Source: Eledone cirrhosa
Taxonomy: Eukaryota
DNA: 64,000 nucleotides
Direction of reading: 5' to 3'
Assembly: GCA_964016885.1 (NCBI GenBank)
Contig: OZ024750.1
Coordinates: 27,094,001-27,158,000, forward strand
A program made the position numbers and the translations under genes. Below are positions 58,820-64,000 of the stretch, in pieces. Position 1 is the first letter of the stretch; the number at the start of each line of letters is the position of its first letter. The notes beneath the pieces were generated by a model. The model saw only the letters and a list, made by a program, of their open reading frames with translations, did no database searches and was not told where the DNA came from.

Positions 58820-61655
58820 GTGTGCGTGCGTGTATATACATGTGTATATGTCATCATCATCATCATCATTTAACGTCCGCTTTCATCTGTAAGCAAGTTT
58901 TGCGTGAGTTACATAGAACAAATTAGTACTGAAGCGTGTCTTCTGACCAATCAGTCAGGCCAAGGTGACATCGAGTTGTTTTTGACACAAACTGAAGGGT
59001 CCTACTCACCTTTTGTTTAGTAAGCTTTCTACGGCCGTATCCCTTTCTTACTACCAACTGCTTTGCAACCTGTACTGATTGCTTTTATTGTGTAGATCAG
59101 CAGGACTAAGGAGATGGTGTTTTTAAACAACTAAAGGTTTATCTAAATTATTTTATGTATGGGATCTACAGCGGGTGAACTTCCACTCACCAACCACTCT
59201 GGAGAGGTTGACCATAAATCAAACTGCAGAACCCTTCAAATGTGGAGAAGGGACAATAAGGGAGGGAGATCAGTATGAAGTAATAGGTATGTATGGAGGT
59301 TTGTTTGGCAGGCCAATGAGTAAGGGGTAGCAGTTACTGATTAGTGTATCGGGTGTATTGGTGTGAGGGATGTGGTCAACATGGTGGAGGTTGTGGCGTG
59401 ATGGATAGATAAGAAGCGGGTTTAAGGATGAGAGAGAGTTAGGGATAACTGATTAGTGTACGGGGATTGGGGCATGTAGTGAAGGATGTGGTCGATAGAG
59501 ATTGGGGTCGTGTTAGAGAGATGGGTAAGGGATAGTGAAGGATAAGGTTTGCTAATAGTGGTGGAGTGAACAATGGGGAGAGAAAGCCGCTACTATTGGC
59601 CAATGGTGAGGATATCTAAGGTGTCTAGTGTTTGAGTGGTTCTAAAGTGTATATGTGTAGTGGATGCCGCATTGGGGAGAACAGATGGGGAAAGTAATCA
59701 TAGGAGGGAGGGTGTACTTCATGGTTGGGTCAGGTCATATTTTATGATTCTGGTCGGGTCTTCATTAACACAGCATAGCGCCAGCCACATCTGCCATATC
59801 TCTTGTGAGTCCATCGATTTTACTCTGTGCACCTTATAGAACTCCTGCCCACCCTTTTCTGGCATATCGAACACAGCCATTTCCCTGATTGTATCTCCAT
59901 CTTGTCTTTTTTCGTGCTTAGACCTTTTGCCTCTGATGCGATTAGTTTTAGGCTTTTCAACTCTAGGTTCTTGCATGTTTGAAGTTTTGTCCCTTACCAT
60001 CCTACTGATTCAGTTGAAGTACTCAGTACAGTTTTGAAATACTTAGTATCGTTTTCTTGATTCAAATCCATTCACACTGGCTGCCTAAGAGACGTACAAA
60101 TATGACTTATTAAACTTACCAAACTAAAAAAGCTTCCAGCGCCCCTATAGCGCCCCTCTAGCCCCCCTCCAAATCTTCAAACGCCCCCCTAAAGTCACCT
60201 TGCTCGAAAACGCCCCCCCCCCCCCCCATGTAGCCCCCCCCCGTGCATATGCCCCCCGTTGAGAACCTTTGATCTACATCTAGCTACCTAAGTGTCCACC
60301 ATACTACGGAGAATGGGACCCTGTCAAAGGGTTCTCCCTATCTACAAAATCTAGATACAATGAATTAAACTTCGCTAAGTACCTCTCAAGCAGTCGTCGC
60401 ACTATAAAGGGGGAATCAATGGCACTCTTCTTCTTCTTGTTGCTAAAATGGTAGAGGGTGGGGGAAGAGTCTTCAACCATTCCTTCCAGTGGGTTTGTCA
60501 GAAGCAACCGTCTCCAAATAATCCGGCTGGATCTCCAATCTAGACCAGATGTGCTCATGGATATTTTCCAATCATCTTGCGCGGTCTCTATCTCTGGGCT
60601 TCCTTCCGGTTACCCGTAAACTCTTTCTAGCGATTTTTTCCCCGAGACATTCTAAACGCATAGATATAGTATCGTATCTGTAATCTCACAATTCGGAGAA
60701 GTAGCGACTCTCCCTGGAGGGATACCTGATCTCCAAGCTACGCACACTACTGAGTAACGTTACTCAAAATACCCTTTGGAGGAACCCCAGGAACGATCAG
60801 GTTCGTTTCGTCATTACCCAAGTTCCTGACCATAATGAGTGTTGACACGAATTCCGTACTGAAGATAACCAGTTTGGATTCTTCACCTACATTCCTTCTT
60901 CTAAATAACAACAGCTGAAGCTGGCGCATTACAGCACCAGTTCATACAATTCTTGAACTTAATTCAGCCCCATGCGTTCCATCACTTGTGAACATTGCCC
61001 CGAGATACATGAATTTCTCCACCTGTTTCAGTGGAACCCCATTCATATATAGATTGCAAGGAACAATATTCCTTGAGACGACGAGTATCTCAGTTTTCGC
61101 AGCATTGATTTACATTCTAGCCATGCATAACTCGATATCAAACCTACAGAGTGCAATTCGGTGATTACCTTCTGCCGAATTAAGGAATACCGAGTCGTCT
61201 CAAAATTCTAGCCGACTGATTTTACACTTGCCAGTCGTGATACAACTTCTAGCCCGACTGCCCATGTCAATCATTTTCATGTAAATAATGTACACGATAG
61301 CTGAAAGACGCATCCTTGGCAGAATCCGACTCCCATATTGAATGGTTTCCATTTAACACCATTTATCCCCTGGTAGTCCTGCCTAGCATAAATTCAAACG
61401 TCAACTTATCTACTTTGATTATCTCCCGAATTAATCATGCTATAACATTTTCAACAAATTTCATTCAATTTACCATGGCTATCCCAGTAATTTGTTGGTA
61501 ATACTTTTCCGAAATCGTTGAGGTTGAGAACAACTGATTCTTTTATCACCGCTATAATCTTATAATAATTGATATGGTATATAATTGATACCTCATTTAT
61601 AACTGTATTTAATTAATGGTATCTTCAACATTGTCATGTATATTGATATTTTCAG

Positions 61656-61790
61656 AATGCCCAGCTGGAAAGTATGGTGAGTTTTGTCGATTGACATGCC
61701 ATTGCTACGAAAACAGTAAGTGTAACAAGCTAACTGGAATGTGTCCAACTGGATGTCTTGCAGGTTATATGGGAGACAGCTGCAACACAG
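61656..61790 (+). CDS. Internal phase 1-1 exon encoding one EGF/laminin-EGF-like repeat (MEGF10/11, SREC or EGF-containing RPTP-like): ECPAGKYGEFCRLTCHCYENSKCNKLTGMCPTGCLAGYMGDSCNT
   Basis: 135 bp between ttttcAG and G|GTATTT. The 8-Cys pattern CPxGxYGxxCxxxCHC...CxxxTGxCxxGCxxGYxGxxC is typical of molluscan multi-EGF proteins. The gene presumably continues beyond the window. Confidence 0.88.
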
Positions 61791-61849
61791 GTATTTCCTA
61801 ATGATGCTAAGTATTTACAATATATATATATATATAGAAAAGATGAATA

Positions 61850-62915
61850 TAAAATGAAAGAGCTTTTATAATGGAATTTATTAGGTATTGACATATGTTT
61901 CTGTAACAGACGGAATACCTGTGTATCGCTGCTTGCGTAATCATATAATGTTAGCAAGTATTCGATAGCAAATGTATAACCAGTTGTCACTTCTTCAGAG
62001 ATATTGGATAAATTGGAAAAAATCAGAAAAATTAAAGTATTTATATTAGTTGTAAGAAAGGAAGAAATGAAGGGATAGTATATGACAGATGGCTATTCAA
62101 TTTGCTGGTAAACAAGTATATAGAAGGTTTTTAATGAGAATACAATGAGTATATGGCTTATTTTATCTAAATAAGAATTTTGGGGGGTGCCTATTTTAAT
62201 CTATATTTGACCAATTGAACAATGGACAGGGCTGGCCGTTTGGTGTAGTAGTATTAATACAGATATAAAGTGTCAAGTAAGGAAGAGAGAGATTTTCACT
62301 GCTACTGTATAACAACAATGCTGGTATCCTGCTGGTATATGCATTAGGGAATTGAATTAAGAAATCTCATTTTATCTATTGCAGTTTATATTAAATGGTA
62401 AAGAATAGAAGTGTTGATAGAATTAAGACTAATAGAGAATTTTAATATGTATTTTGACAATCAAACGGAGATGGAGACCGGCGTTCAATCCTGGTAGCGT
62501 TTGTAATATGAAAATGTAGATTTCAAGCGATGGTTACAGTTTAACGATCGCTCCATTCTGTTATTTAATAAAATATTTTTGGATTTCATAATACAAAATA
62601 TTTCCATATTACACAATTTACAAAATTCCTGTCCTTGGTTTATGCAGGGGTTGCACTATTATATCCCATTTTAGGTTAATTTGTTGGTTATTTTAGCGCA
62701 GCTGCCAAGCCTTGTCTGCGAGTGTTGCTACATAACGCTGGTTTTCATGTTTTATCGAGTAACGATATCTATAAAGGCGAGATTTGAAGGAGGTAGCTGT
62801 AGACCCCACATAGTATCACTTCTGGCTACCTGATTCGATAGTACATTTGTATATGATGTTGCGTTCAAGACACTGATTGTTCAACGGACACATTCCTGGT
62901 TGGACACAGTTACAG

Positions 62916-62920
<5 letters not shown>
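61850..62920 (-). mobile_element. Naiad-type Penelope-like element 3' part (GIY-YIG endonuclease plus tail), intronic
   Basis: CNCVQPGMCPLNNQCLERNIIYKCTIE...YYVGSTATSFKSR...AWQLR...LKWDII...CKLC..E...LLNNR.E (about 62480-62920, with stops and a frameshift). Confidence 0.85.
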
Positions 62921-62954
<34 letters not shown>

Positions 62955-64000
62955 TGTATGTCAGGTCACCAGTTGGTACTACTGGTAACATGTATCCCAG
63001 TACAACCTGTCTAATGGTCGGGTCGTTGGCGACTAAACTGGCAACCCCACCAAGGTTTCTTGGTGAGGAGGGTGACTTTGGACATCCTGCAGAACTAAAA
63101 ACAAAACCTGTCAAAGGGCAAGGGAGCTCTTAAGAGTCAATAGCCATCCAAAATCACCGGGAGAGATGACCCCTTAGCCTTTGTCAAGGCAGAATTCTAG
63201 GAGAAGGAAAACTCTGATATAACACCTGCAACCCTGATGGTATCCAATGATGTTGACTTGTTCTTTTTGGTAAATGTCATCTTGGTTAAGAGAGTGGGAC
63301 TGGCTTTGTGCAATGCCTTTGCTCACTATAAAAGCTTCACAGCACAGGCATTGCTTTATATCTGGAGATCTCTCTGCACTTGTCATCGCATGGTACCATG
63401 GGCCCTGCACTATGTGTCAATAATGGTCACAAGTATAGTCTTTGTACCAGAGTTTTCAAGTCGCTGGCTGGACTAAAAAGTCACATTCGTTCAGCGCATC
63501 GGTAGGGGTTCTCCTACATGTATATAAAGTAGTGGCCGTACTCGAAAACGAGTTGGCAGCCACCATATATATATATATATATATATTGAATAAGAAAATG
63601 CGAAGTAGTTTCAGATGTTAAAGTCCTTTAATGATAATGTTGTGATACATATTTCAATGACGACATTGGCCACATGCTTTCGTGTACCCAGTGCCATGAC
63701 ATCATCAGACAGCTTCTTACATAGTGAGGTTATGTTCCCGAGGCAATCCAAATTGAATCGACAAGGGAACGGACAAAGCCACTGTTCTTGAATCCTTCCC
63801 CGATCCCTTGTGTGTCCCAATTCACCCCCACCGGTTAGCGCAGGCGCAAGTCCGAAGGAAGTTAACCATCCACCACCCAACACTCTACGAAACTCGCCTA
63901 AGCAGGTCCCACTCACACCCCAACCATATCTGTAATATGACATGGTTATAGTTTACTGCTAGTCGCCCTGCCAGTGGCAGTTGACCGACACCTAGTGGTA

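Noticed and set aside
62816-62818. In-frame TGA in the Naiad endonuclease as selenocysteine
   Set aside because: Not at a conserved cysteine position; the copy also has TAA stops and a frameshift; no SECIS recognised.

Overview
AT-rich, microsatellite-dense animal DNA. The SINE families look cephalopod (Octopus-like); this is recognition from memory, not a database result. Most ORFs in the supplied track are microsatellite artefacts. The window holds four things. (1) Decayed retrotransposons (R4/Dong, CRE, RTE, Tx1/L1-like and Penelope-like elements, including Naiad-type RT and GIY-YIG pieces), tRNA-derived SINEs, small DNA-transposon derivatives and minisatellites. (2) A large nested inverted duplication centred near 49 kb, with mirrored blocks from about 13.6 kb to the window end. 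(3) Within it, two paralogous signal-peptide first exons set head-to-head (19620-19683 on -, 58423-58486 on +). The right one can splice in frame to an EGF-like exon at 61656-61790 (MEGF10/SREC-like repeat), and no mirror of that exon was found in the left arm. (4) At least ten type I hammerhead ribozyme motifs in short elements inserted in (TA)n tracts, many of which fold back into palindromes at or next to the ribozyme. All coordinates and identity figures come from hand inspection and are approximate.
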